DNA of 64,000 nt, taken from Yuukianura sp. NJ FZ-2021. Taxonomy: Eukaryota. The position numbers and the translations under genes are program-made. Of the stretch, positions 26,201 to 38,001 are shown in pieces; within the stretch, counting starts at the first letter, position 1; each line of letters opens with the position of its first letter. The notes beneath the pieces are model-generated. The model did no database searches. It saw only the letters and a program-made list of their open reading frames with translations, and was not told the DNA's origin. The stretch covers positions 8,308,001-8,372,000 of the forward strand of contig CM102289.1 of the NCBI GenBank assembly GCA_046563655.1, given 5' to 3'.

Positions 26201-29200
26201 TTACGGTATTCATAGGTTAGGTGAGGAGAAAGCATAGGGTGAAGGACTCAGTTTTGCAATGGTAGAGAGCTTTATCTTTCTCAAAATCTATTCAAGACTA
26301 ATTCTTACTTTGAATTTCCTTTTACCCTAAATTTTGAGCATCGCTGTATATCTTTCTTCTCTGTTCCAAGAGATGAGCAAATCTTAAGAAAGGATTTTAG
26401 GAAAGCTTTTATCCGTGTAAGAATTATTCGGAGATTTGAGAAATATTCTGATTAACTGCCACTCAGAAACTAAGGGAGGAGCGGGAAATGACAAAATTCA
26501 AAATGGAAATTGAATTGGGCAGATGAAGATTTTCTCAAGACGTAAAACTATTTGAAATGGATGTGCAGAATCCTATATACTGTCTTTGGAAACCTTCCGA
26601 TTAAATATTTTATGAAAATAATTTGACCCCATTTTAAAATTTGACACACGTCGTAAGAACTTAGAGTGCTTGTACTGCTGTGATCTATTTTTGAACAGAA
26701 GTGGAACGCGAGTTTCTTGGAATTTCAAAATTGGCTGCCCGTTTTCTAAGTTTTGTTCTTTTGACTTTCCTGTCACATTCAAAAATACGGTTTCAATTCA
26801 GTCCGACACTCAAGAGAAAGCAAAAAAACACAAAGAGAAACAAAAATAGGCCAACCTTGTCACTTTCTTTTTGTTGTTTTGAGATCAACGAGAAAAGAAA
26901 AAGAAATGAACTTTTCCCGCCAAAAAGAGAAAAGAGAAAGTCAATCCGAAGCACTTGGTTCCAAAAAGTCAAGTGGGATTTTGTGCCAGAAATTGGCTGT
27001 CTATTCCCCAATTTCACAAGTTTTTTTTTCATTTTACTTCCGTAGAAGCATCCAAGACAATCGGAGCAACTTGACCTCTGACCATTTCGAGGTTTTTTGG
27101 CTTTTGTGAAATTGCTACTGGAAACCTGAGACACCGTTTCCCCTATCTCCCCTGTCACACATCTGTCATCGACAGGGGCTATGGCCAATCCAATTCTAAA
27201 CGATAGACAGTAGTCACTTGTACACTTTGGCTCCAGATTCAAAAGTTACTCCCTCCAAAAAGTGAAAAGTGTCATCTTCATCTGGAACTAGAAGATGAAA
27301 CACACGCTGTTGCCAGGAGACGTTGTGAACGTAACAAGATGTTACCAAGGTCTGATCTTCACACGCACTTTAACCCTCCAATTCCCTACTCTAATTTATA
27401 TTTTATTGAAAACCAAGTTCAAAAGTACAGAGCAATTATTGGCAAGCGTCAAAACCGAAAATTTTCAACACTTTGAAAATCAAAATCTTTCACAAACACA
27501 AAACTAAAAAAAAGACAGTTTTGGAAAAAACTTTCTCCGTGAATTCTTACTTAGAAATCTGCCTTTGGCTAAGGTTCGCCTGAAGAAAGTTGAAAAGCTG
27601 AATATTTTCGGAAAAAGTTTTCGTTCCAAAATTTTGAAAATTCGCTCTGTACGGACCGATGACTATGAAATTTCCACCAAAAACTTCCCGAGCTACATTT
27701 TCATGGAAGGTTTAGCCGTTAGTATGACACTGTAGCTGTTCAGCGTCTGTCACATGTGCTGAATTCCTGGCAGCGTAGAGGGAATCCGTGTCACACATTG
27801 TTTCCGGTCTCAACTAATTAAAATCACATCATCACCAGGGACTTAAAGTGGCTTCACTTCCCCATTTCCCTTTGTTCAAACATGTTCAAACAGAAGCAGA
27901 GTCCATGAATAGGCAATAGACCGTATAGGCTGAGGTTAGAGGTCATTTTGCTTTCCAAGGTTCTAAAATTCCCGCGTTGGCAAAAGAGAAAGCAGAGCCG
28001 GAAAATAAAAAATTCCTGCTTCTCATAAATTATTATTTTGAAGCTTCATAACCTCCGGCCTGTTTCCATTTAAATTCAAACTAAAAAAGAGTATGAAATT
28101 TCCACAGTCTCATTCAAACTTTCATTAACTCAAATGAGTTTGAGCGGGAAAGTTTAAATTTTACGTTAAACTAACCTTGGAACCCCTCCAGAATAAATGA
28201 CGCTCCAAAAAGAATAAGTGATGAATGTTTAATGTCCAGCTCCTCGTTCCAGGAAAGTTGGCGGGAGAAAGCGACTTTGAAAAGACTATAAGTCTACAAA
28301 GTCTATAAGAGTGGAGAAAGTTGTATAGAACAGAGATCTCCAAATATATTCAAATCGAGTTTATGAACAGGATGAAACTTCAGTGACGCTTCTTCTTCAC
28401 CAGTAAGAAGATTGATGTTTTCTCATCTTCCAGCGTCCCAGTGCCGGAGTCTCAGTGTGTCAATTGGGTCGCTGTCCGCTCAAACGAAGAGATATTGTCT
28501 TCCGCAAGCCTTTCTCAGAGTTCAATCTTCTTTCTATTTGATTAATGGAACGGCTCATCCCTCCCGCCATCTTTTTTCCTTCAAATTTCAATTTCAAATA
28601 CCATAATAAACTGACATCTTAAACCTAACATATTCAGGTCAACAAACTCTCGACCCACTTTTTAAAAAAGTGAAAGCTGTTCCGTGTAAAGCAAGATGAA
28701 TGAGTCTAAAGCTAAGTTTATTTTCAAAAATTTCCAATTTCGTGTTCTTGCGTCATGGTTAAGCTGAATTAATTAACTTTTATTTTATGTATCACTTGAA
28801 ATAGTGTTAGAGGGGACTAAAATTTAAGAATTGCTGATGGGGGTAGATTTGGCGGTATATTTGAAAACTTTCACTATCACTTTTTTGTTTGAAACAGACG
28901 CAATGAAGTGTTTCCAAGAGTGGAAAAATGTAATGATACACTTTGTGGGCTAAAGTTGGTCGTGTCACTATGCGGGTTATTTCAATTGTTATTTTCAAAA
29001 TAATTTTGTTGGCACGTTCAGAAGAAAAAATGCGTAATACCATCATCATCATCATCACGAAATGATACGGGCATGATTACAGTCGGCAGGACACACTGCG
29101 TTTTATACGCTTTTTTCAAAAACTTTGAAAAAAAGAGTGAAGGGGAAAGTGCGGTGAAGGGCGGCAAATATAAAACAGGAAACGAAATGCATACATTCTT

Positions 29201-30758
29201 ATCACGAAAAAACCAAAGTGCGGGAGCATATAAAGCAACCACGACACGCTTTTTTCGGATCCGAAATTCAAAAAACCTTCCCCAAAGCCAACGGCTTTCG
29301 AAAAATATTTCACCCTAACTTGAATTTGAAGGATTTATGTTCACTCTAGGTTTCGAGCCAAAGCATGAACAACAGAATTTTGCGGTCTCTGATGTGGCAC
29401 ATCATTAGGGAAATATTTAGACGAAATTATTCGGAGATTTGGTTCACGAAAACTATTTTTGGCTTTACTGAAATCCAGTAATGCAGGGTTCAAAAGTGGC
29501 AAAGGAAAAATTTCAAAAAACTTTGTTGTTTACTACCAACAACTCGAAAACAGACTCGCATAGAATTGATTTGTTTTCGAAAATGCTATACTAGAGATTT
29601 TGCAATTTTGCAACTTTTTCAAAAAACCAGAAAATTTTATGTTCTGAACAAGATTATTTTCAAAAGCATAAAAAAAGAGTCTCTATTATCCTTGATACTG
29701 AAACGAGCTAGATCCGGGTAACAAGAAAAAATATTTTTTTTTTTTTTGAAAAACGAATTTTTGAAGGCTCGTTAGGCAAAGATGAAAGTGACATTTTTGA
29801 AAATTCCGGTTAGCAACCTGCTTAAAGTATCGTGACTAACGGGACTCGTTTTTGTGCAGGTTCAACGTTTTTCTATTGACTATTTCTAACAAAAAATAGA
29901 AAAAAGGAAACCTGCTGGAAAAAAAGACATAACCAAAAGAATGAAAATCTTTAGAAAAAACGCGTTTTTTTTCAACGTTTTTTTGATAACTTTCTCCCCT
30001 CATAGTTTCTGGTGTTAACGCGGCACCTTTCTAATATTTTTTTTCTATTGTTCGACTCCCCGTCAAAGACGTCGTCACTTGCCACTTTAATTCCCCATTC
30101 CATCATTAATGTCCCTTGTAAAACCAGGGAGCGAGAACATGAACATGGGAAGATGAAAAGAAAATTCCATCTGGACGATTCATGTTGGACAGCGATAATG
30201 ATACGATAGGTTTCGTCCCATGCTTTCACTTTGGGTTATGTTAGAAACCTAAACTACGGCCGGCCGAAGGAAAGATAGGGAGAGCCTGGTGAAAGCTCAA
30301 CTTTCCCCATTTCAAATTTTCCCGCTTGCTTCCCGCCGTGCAGAAAAAAACTCGTTTTGACCCGAACCGAATCCATAACATTGTTCCCCCTCTCTCTCCG
30401 TCTCTTTTCTATTTATTGCTTTCTTTCTTCACTTATCTCGAGGCTACGCCTGTCTTATTTCCTACTTTCCCTCACACATTACATTTCTCCCTTCCTCTCT
30501 CTAGTAAGGAACAGAACAAGGAGCTCAAAAGTAAATTATTGCAACGGAAACTACTAGAGAGACTCAATGGGAACGAAATAACAGGAAAGATTAGAAAATG
30601 GAGAGATGTTGGCCTCCCCCACAGAGTGGCCCAAAGGTCAAGTTTATCTCAAAGGTCAAATCGCACTAAACACCCGATTTGAAATTCGCGCTTCCATTTC
30701 CACCCCTCCGCATTTCCGCAATACACATTTCTGAAAAAGTTCCTAGTGTATAAACTTA

Positions 30759-30963
30759 GGAGCACGTCATTTCATTGAATGAATTACTGCGAATGAATTG
30801 CTGCGAAATAAATTACTTCGAAAGGCCAATTACTGCGAAAGGTTAGTTACTGCGAAACGAATTAATTCGAAAGGCTGTTTACTTCGAAAGTCCAATTACT
30901 GCGAAATCTGAATTAACTCGGAAACTAAAAACAGTAATTCATTCGATGAAATGGCATGGAACC
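30759..30963. mobile_element. Non-autonomous TIR element with internal ~15-18 bp aattactgcgaa repeats (Merlin- or Mutator-like)
   Basis: TIRs of ~30 bp: ggagcacgtcatttcattgaatgaattactg / cagtaattcattcgatgaaatggcatggaacc. GG..CC termini. Flanking direct repeat ataaactt at 30750-30757 and 30964-30971. About 9 internal aattac(t/g)(g/t)cgaa units. Confidence 0.72.
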
Positions 30964-31502
30964 ATAAACTTCAATTTAACTTTGAAACTACATAACCAAA
31001 CAAGCTCATCCCTTTATAACCTAACATAATTTTAGCGCCTTATAGTAGTACATATTCAGGACTGGTATTTTTGGTGCCAAGAATCACTTTGGATCACATT
31101 GGCGACAACAAATTAATCTAACCTAACAACAAAAAAACAACTTTTAAGGAAGCCTTGAATTTGAATGACCGAACAACATTGAAATTCTTAGAATTTGAAT
31201 CCGAAAACCTGTTCAATTAAAAGTTAACCTTTGTTGGTGTGCATATGTTGTACACTCTGGTTTTTGGCCAACAGGATTGCAAATTGCAATCCTGAGGGAC
31301 AATTGCAAATTGCAGTTGTCCCTCTTAATATTTAAGAAACAGTTTAATCAGACCAGCGAGTACCATTTTCAGCCTTTGCCATCTCGTTTGTGAAATTCAA
31401 GCAGTTCAGATAAGACAGACAAGCAGTTCACTTCTGTAAAGCTGCAGTTAGAGATTGCAATTTTTAAAATAAAATTTCCGAATTGACAAAATTAAACTTG
31501 AA

Positions 31503-33231
31503 ATGTTCAAAAAAGGAGGACTTCACTTACACACCTTGAAGTTTTTAGTATTTTTGTTTTTCTTTGGCCTTTGTGTCATTCTGGGTGAATGCAACGTTCC
31601 AGTGTTTACAGCGAAGGAGGTGGAAGCTATCAATAAGGTCGTTTGCTTACAGATTTTGAATTACTTTTTAAATTGTATTTTGAGCATTTTGGTTCATTGA
31701 ACCTACTTAAACATGTTTTTTTCTGGAACCAGTTGAGAAATGCGGTAGGTTCTAAACTGACAGCTCACTACATGCAGTCTGATGCATATTTGATCAAGTG
31801 GCTCAAAGGTAAAAAATCTGTTAAACTTTTCATTTCTAAGTTGCAAAATCTACCTTAGGTTATCCCCTTCCGGGTCAAATGTCAACTTTTTTCCAACAAA
31901 ATTCAAGAATAATTAGTGTCTTTTCTTTTGCTTTGTCAGCAAAAAAGTTTGACCACACGAAGGCAAAAGAGGCCCTGGAAAAAGTAAGCGAGAAAAGAGT
32001 TTTTAAAAAGAGTTAGTTTATGTTATAATTTCCTTTTGCATGTTAATTCAGCAGTTACGAAATACTTTGCGAAGTTTTAAACAAAAACCTATGTCTATAA
32101 TTATTAGACACTCCAATGGCGTAAAACCGTCGACGCAGATAATCTTCCAAGTTATGACTTTGGGCGAGAAATGACCAAAGGATACGTTTTTGATTTTACT
32201 ACAGCAAAAGACAAATCTGGAAATCCAAGTACATTTGAAACTTTTCATTTCTTCTTGTCTAATTTCGCTATGAACTTCAGTGAAATGTTGAGTTAAAAGT
32301 TCTGTTTCAGTTTTAATTTTTTTAGTCAATCATTGCAAAGTCTCTGATTAATAATAGTTGTGCTGATGCCATTCGGTGACTGGGACATTCGTCGTATGGC
32401 TATCCAGGGAAAAGTGTTTACTGAACTGAGCCTGCGCATGGATTACATGGAAGAAACAGCAGCCCAAATGTCATTTAATGCTACTAAAAATCCCTCCAGT
32501 TTGCTACTGGCTGACTTGGTGGGTTTTTCATTAAGACAGCACGCTTGTACAGGATGTGGGTAACAATATACAAAAGTTTATGATTGCGAGTGTAAAGGAA
32601 ATTATTACAGAGGAGTTTCTAACTTATGAAATGGGCAAAATACAAAATAAATGGCAATTGAAAAGACGGGGTCAGAAAATATCCTTGCCATTTGTTATAG
32701 TCATTGCAAAATTCTCCTATTGGGTGGATTTGGCAATGAAAATAGGACATCAGACTCAGAGTTAAGGAAATTTTCTACCCCATTTGTGCAACTGCCATTT
32801 GTTTTGTATTTTGTCCATTTCATAAGTTAGAAACTTCTCTGTAGTGAAAAAAAATGGCCTTGTCCACCTTTACTTTCAGGTGTTCCATATTATCTGAACT
32901 GGGCCATACACCATGAAAAGCACTATCCGTACAACTTTTACAGAATCCTCTCCATGAATAGTAAGAAAACAACTAAAATCTAAATTCAAAAATTCACTTT
33001 AAAAACTTCAATTAAAATTTATGATTTAATTACCATGCAATTCCGTATTTAGCGCCAAGGATATTTGACCCAATTCTAAGTTTGATGAAGCCATTAATGA
33101 CAGAGTCGACGCAAGACGCTTTACGGGTCGTCGGGTATGACCGAGAAGCACATGCCAAAGAAATTGCGAAATATGCAGATCTCGATCAAATTCCAATTCG
33201 TTTTGCGGGAAATAAGAAAGTGAAATCATAA
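31503..33231 (+). CDS. SEC14-like CRAL-TRIO lipid-binding protein with N-terminal signal peptide (7 exons, 277 aa)
   Basis: Exons 31503-31637, 31733-31808, 31940-31983, 32108-32228, 32358-32555, 32880-32960 and 33053-33231 are all GT-AG and phase-consistent (834 nt). Motifs: DAYLIKWLKAKKFD..A..ALEKTLQWRK (CRAL-N), KDKSGNPI, LLLADLVGFS, HEKHYP....I..MNTPRIFDPILSLMKPLM, DQIPIRFAG. Confidence 0.9.
32608..32841. mobile_element. Tc1/mariner-type MITE in intron 5 of the CRAL-TRIO gene
   Basis: Highly similar TIRs of ~80 bp (cagaggagtttctaacttatgaaatgggcaaaatacaaaataaatggca... / ...tgccatttgttttgtattttgtccatttcataagttagaaacttctctg), flanked by TA on both sides. Confidence 0.88.
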
Positions 33232-35728
33232 GTAGTTAGTATATGTCCATAAGCACTTTGTTAACACTTAGCCTAACATTCTGTGACAACCGAATTCAAC
33301 CGAATAGTTAGTTGATTCAAATGTAATCCAAGGCTGAGGTTGAAGCTTAGTGGAGTAGTGCTTAGGGAAGTAGTTAATTTTGGTCATTTTAATTGAAAAG
33401 CTTCTCAATTGCTAATTAAATCTGTAAGTTGTGCTTTTGGAATTAGTTTAGAGCGTGAGTTTGATCGAGGACCCTGAACTGTGGTTTTTCAAGTGGAAAC
33501 GGGAATTTGGAAAGGATTAAATAATGAAACCAGATTTTGATTTTAATTTGAACTTGAAGTGACAAGCTAGTTTGAGGGGAAACATTGTTTAAGAGTGGTT
33601 ATGATTAATGATTTAGAGGGGGAGGAAAACCACTCTCTCACTTTTCTAAAAAGTGCTTAGCAGAAAGCTTTATTTCCAAAAATTTGAGTCCCCCTCTGCT
33701 CCTGTTTCAAAAGATTTTCAAAAAAGATTTGTAGAATTTTGGGGGACTAGAAAAGTAGAGTCTGATTAATGAAAAGTTTGGTTGAGTAAACTTATGTCAC
33801 TTTGCATTGAGTTTTGAAGAGAGTCCTTTTAATTACTAATTTCAAAATTCCCAACTTGTCAAAAAATATTTTTGGTTTTGACAACCACACGTACTTTTGT
33901 GGTGGTAGCTTACTCCACAAAATTATGCCTTTAGAAAAACTTTTAAAAAAAAATACGCTCCAAAAGTTTTTTTGTGTTGGTAAGTACTAGAAGCTTAAAG
34001 TAGTTTAGGTTAGTGGATTCCTTCACGGACTTTGTTGGTCTTTGGGCTTGGCTTTAGGTTCAGCTCAAGACAAAAGACTTTTTGAACTTAATTTCCTGCT
34101 CAAGTTAAACATCAACAAAGACGCTGAAGAGGACAAAGTCTTCCGCTTGAAAGTTCAGACCAAGAAGCAAACAAAAACTTTAATGTTAATTCAATAAAAA
34201 TTGAAGTAGGTTGTGCTAAAGTTAAGCTCAAGACTTAACACAAGGCTTTTGGCGAATTAGAAAAGTTTTAGCTTCTAAAAATAGGAGAAGAGTTCAAGAA
34301 AACAGAATTTTTCTTTGTGTAAAGTGATCCACTCATTTTCCAACAAAAATCGACAACAAATAAAAAACATAATACGCAATATACAAAACTGTTTTTTATT
34401 AACAGAAAACCAAATTTTTAAAGGCGTTTTTCGAAGCTGAATGCAGGAAACCGTTTAGCTACAATTTTTTTGAAAGAGAAAATTTTCAAACAAAATTGCT
34501 TAGAAGAATATTCGATCCTTTTGAAGTTGTAACACAAAGGGAATTGAAAAAATGAAAATGGATTTCAAAATTTTCAAAATGTTTGCATTGTATTTTGCGA
34601 AACTGCGATAAGTAAACAATACGCACCGCTTTCCCTCTTGTTGCCGTAATATTGCTTCAGTTTACAATGGAATTTGCCGCCAGGCGTCTTTTAAAACAGG
34701 AAATGAACCAAAGGCTGCTCAATTTTGGAAGTTTGCTTTTGGAAAACTTCATTTTTTCGTTTTTGGCAGGATTTTGATTCTGGATTTCGTGTTTACCTTG
34801 GCCATTACCAACGGCATAGTCTCTGCTACCCTAAAAGTGAAAGTTTTGAAAACAAGAAACTAAATTTGTTGGCCTTCCACGCCCAAACACAGTGGTCTCC
34901 AACACCAAATTGGTTTTCATCGACCTTTTTGAAAATTGGCGGTTTTGTGTGCAGGTCGTGAGTATGATGGGGCGTTTGGAGCCAAAATTGAAAGTAATCA
35001 AGGCCCCTGAATCCTCCCTGCTGCTTCCTTTGAGTTATTATTCAATCATTTTACCCCCAACATCCCAATTTCCCATCCGATTGCTTTCTCCTCCCCCGAG
35101 TGTAATTGAAGTACAATGGAAATACAAAGTTCGTGGTTTAGGCTAGTTTAACCTAACCTTCAAATTTTCCCTCCTCTCTAACCTAACTGACTCAATTATT
35201 CCCCATTTCATCATGTCATATCCTCATCAACTTAGGGGGTGGAAAATGTCTTCGTCAGGAACTAACTATACTGGAACCAATTTCAGAAAATTTTTCAAAA
35301 TACCGCGAGAGATCAATACTGAACCCAGACTTCGTTTGAGTTAATGCGTAGCGCGTCATCCAAATGTGTGTTCCTAGTTGAAACGATTTCAACAAACCAT
35401 GCATAATGGTAAAAACGGTAGACCTTCGATTGGATTGTATTGGATTGGCGGTTATGACCTTCTACGGACCTAAATATCTAGTAAAGAATTTGAGCACAAT
35501 TGGAAACAAATTGAAGAAAAAACTGTCGGAATTGAAGTTATGTACAGATGATCATCACATGAGTGATCGATTTAAAAAACCATTTTTCTTTGAACTAATT
35601 TGAAGACAAGCTAAGCATAACTAATAAACTTTTCAATGTCACTTTTTTGTTATTTAAATTACCCAACCTATGCGAGGCCACTTGCTTTTACACACTTGAT
35701 GGAACAGAAAAAACATGATGAATTTTGG

Positions 35729-35735
35729 TATAAAA
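35729..35735 (+). promoter_or_regulatory. Putative TATA box of the GH135-like gene
   Basis: TATAAAA about 80 nt upstream of the ATG at 35811. Confidence 0.45.
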
Positions 35736-35810
35736 TATGTCAGAAAAATTTATGGAAGGACACACATTTCAAGCTACCTTTCCAATTCCAAAACATTCAC
35801 CAAATTCACA

Positions 35811-36732
35811 ATGCTCGCTCTACTTTGCTTCTTCGTTGTTTTCACCGCTTCACTCCATCAAGGACAAGGTAACAAATCTTAAAATTTTAAAAGTTCCAAA
35901 AATTAAAAGAAAACATGGCTGGGAATTTTTCAGTGTAATTTATTTTTTTTTAACTTCCAGCTTTGCGTAATTTTCTGATTATTTTTTTGAAATGTTGAAA
36001 TATTCTTTTAAAGCTGTCGAAACCATGATTCCACTCTACGTTTATCCAAGTAATGGCGCATGGACACCGCTCATCGACGCATATAATGCACAAACGGAAA
36101 AAATTGGCGCATGGGTAATTGTTAATCCACGTAACGGTCCTGGCGACACCATTGATTCATCATACACCGAAGGAATCCAGACTCTGCGCAACGCCGGATT
36201 TAAACTTATGGGCTACGTCCATACTGACTACGGCAGAATTGACATCAACACGGTAAAGGCCGCTGTGTACAAATGGACAATATACTACGAAGGAATCACT
36301 GGAATTTTTGTTGACGAAATGGACAACGTTATGAGCGATAAAGCATTTTCATACTACAACGAACTCAACGACTATATAAAATCTAAAGGATTTGAATTTG
36401 CCGCTGGGAATCCAGGAACAGCTATTGCTAAGGGGCTGATCAACATCTTCGACACGACTGTCGTTTATGAAAACCGGGGATTTCCAAGTGATGCTCTGTT
36501 GGACCAAATTACTTTTCAAGGTCAAACGCCAGCCATTCCCGCCGATAAGTTTACAATCATGGCCTACAATGTTTCTAAATTGGACTCCAGCATGACCTAT
36601 GCTCTAGATAAAGTTGGTTACATTTATATGCAAACTCTGAATAACGATCCGTGGAACTACTTGCCTCCGCAGTCTTTTCTGGAAGATCAATTCCAATTTT
36701 ACGCAACCGGACAAATTCCAGATTCAAGCTAA
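35811..36732 (+). CDS. Secreted spherulin-4 / GH135-like glycoside hydrolase (2 exons, 258 aa)
   Basis: Signal-peptide exon 35811-35868 (MLALLCFFVVFTASLHQGQ, donor AAG|GTAACA) joins in phase 1 to 36014-36732. Spherulin-4 motifs IPLYVYP, VIVNPRNGPG, GYVHTDYG, GIFVDE, GNPGT and VVYE are all present. Confidence 0.9.
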
Positions 36733-37302
36733 TTTTTAGCATTTGACCTCGTGAGCTTATGTTGCCAGTGGTGTTGTATAAATTTGTGTTTAAAAAATAA
36801 AATCAGTGTTTTTTCTGCACTAGTCATGTGAATGAGTCAATTTTAATTAATTTCACTGGTTTGTCACCGTATCTGGGATTTTTTATCAGTTAGGTACGAA
36901 TTCGGTTCATGCGGGCATGATGTTAATATTGACATTAACGTCACACCGTTCAGTTCTACTAATAATAGCGCCGAGGGCGTTAGCTTTTGTCAGAAAGTTA
37001 ATGGATTTGGAAAAAGATTTTGATAAAACTGTTGATCTAAAGACAAAAATTGGTCAGATACTGCTGTAAGTATTGTGGCTCTCAACTTTTTACAAAACTG
37101 TTAAAAAGCTTAATGCATTGAATACCCTCCGCCAGTTACACGCAGGAAACCGCTTTTGCACAATTCTACTTTTTTTCCAAGAGAAAGTCTAAAAAGCTGT
37201 CGCAAGGTGAGAGAAAGTTTTCAATTGTTTTCATAAAACTATTTTTTTGTTTCAAAATTTGACTATTACGTAATTTGTTTGTTTTTATTTTTTCAGAAAA
37301 AA

Positions 37303-38001
37303 ATGAGTTTGTCGCATCAGGAGGATATGGTGCGGTTGCGAAAAATTTTCTACGGTGTTCTCTGTACCGGTTCCATACTTGGTGTCATCATGGTGACCTT
37401 GATGCTGGTCTACACTTTTCAGTACGGCGGTGGATGGAGCTTTAGTGACCCTGCAATGCGTATCAACATTCACATTGGCATGATGCTAATGTTCATGATT
37501 TATCTTCAAGGTCATGCGTCTTTGATCTTCCGGATTTTACCGAACACACCTAAAACTAAAGTGAAATTGGTCCACGGTGGACTCCATTTGCTCGGATGTA
37601 TTGGATGCTCCTTTGGATTTTACGCAGCAGTTTCAATCAACGACAATACACCGTATTCACTACATGCTTGGCTTGGATTTGCTGCAGTGTCGCTCTACTA
37701 CATGCAATTCTTGGCTGGGTTTATATCATTTCTGCCTCCAATGACTCCTTTGAATGTGCGACTATTTCTACTGCCAATTCATAAGGTTATGGGTCGAAGT
37801 ATTTTTACGCTGTGTTGTATTGCCGCTGCAACTGGACTTATGATGAAGGCAATTGGAACTTTCGGACTAACGTATTCATCACTGCCGAGTCCAGCACTCA
37901 TGTTCAACTTTGCTGGAATTTTTCTCGTTTGCTTTGCAATTATATTTGGAAATTTAATGGCTGATTTTCGCTTTCGTCGACCTGTAGAAACTACACGTTG
38001 A
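37303..38001 (+). CDS. Cytochrome b561 family transmembrane ascorbate-dependent reductase (232 aa, intronless CDS)
   Basis: Six hydrophobic segments and four heme-ligand His motifs (NIHIGMM, KLVHGGLH, YSLHAWLG, LPIHKVMGR). The ATG at 37303 follows acceptor tttcag (37296), and a 5'UTR intron donor is at 37207. Confidence 0.92.
   Translation: MSLSHQEDMVRLRKIFYGVLCTGSILGVIMVTLMLVYTFQYGGGWSFSDPAMRINIHIGMMLMFMIYLQGHASLIFRILPNTPKTKVKLVHGGLHLLGCIGCSFGFYAAVSINDNTPYSLHAWLGFAAVSLYYMQFLAGFISFLPPMTPLNVRLFLLPIHKVMGRSIFTLCCIAAATGLMMKAIGTFGLTYSSLPSPALMFNFAGIFLVCFAIIFGNLMADFRFRRPVETTR

Noticed and set aside
12450..30700. Numerous 60-150 aa ORFs in the long intergenic stretch (excluding 22618-23114)
   Set aside because: They are Phe/Lys/Leu-rich translations of A/T tracts, often with non-ATG starts, and show no domains or exon chains.
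35961..36013. Alternative acceptor ttccag at 35960 for the GH135 gene, and the ORF-track start at 35992
   Set aside because: That acceptor shifts the frame to an early stop. The 35992 ATG lies within the intron and gives no signal peptide.
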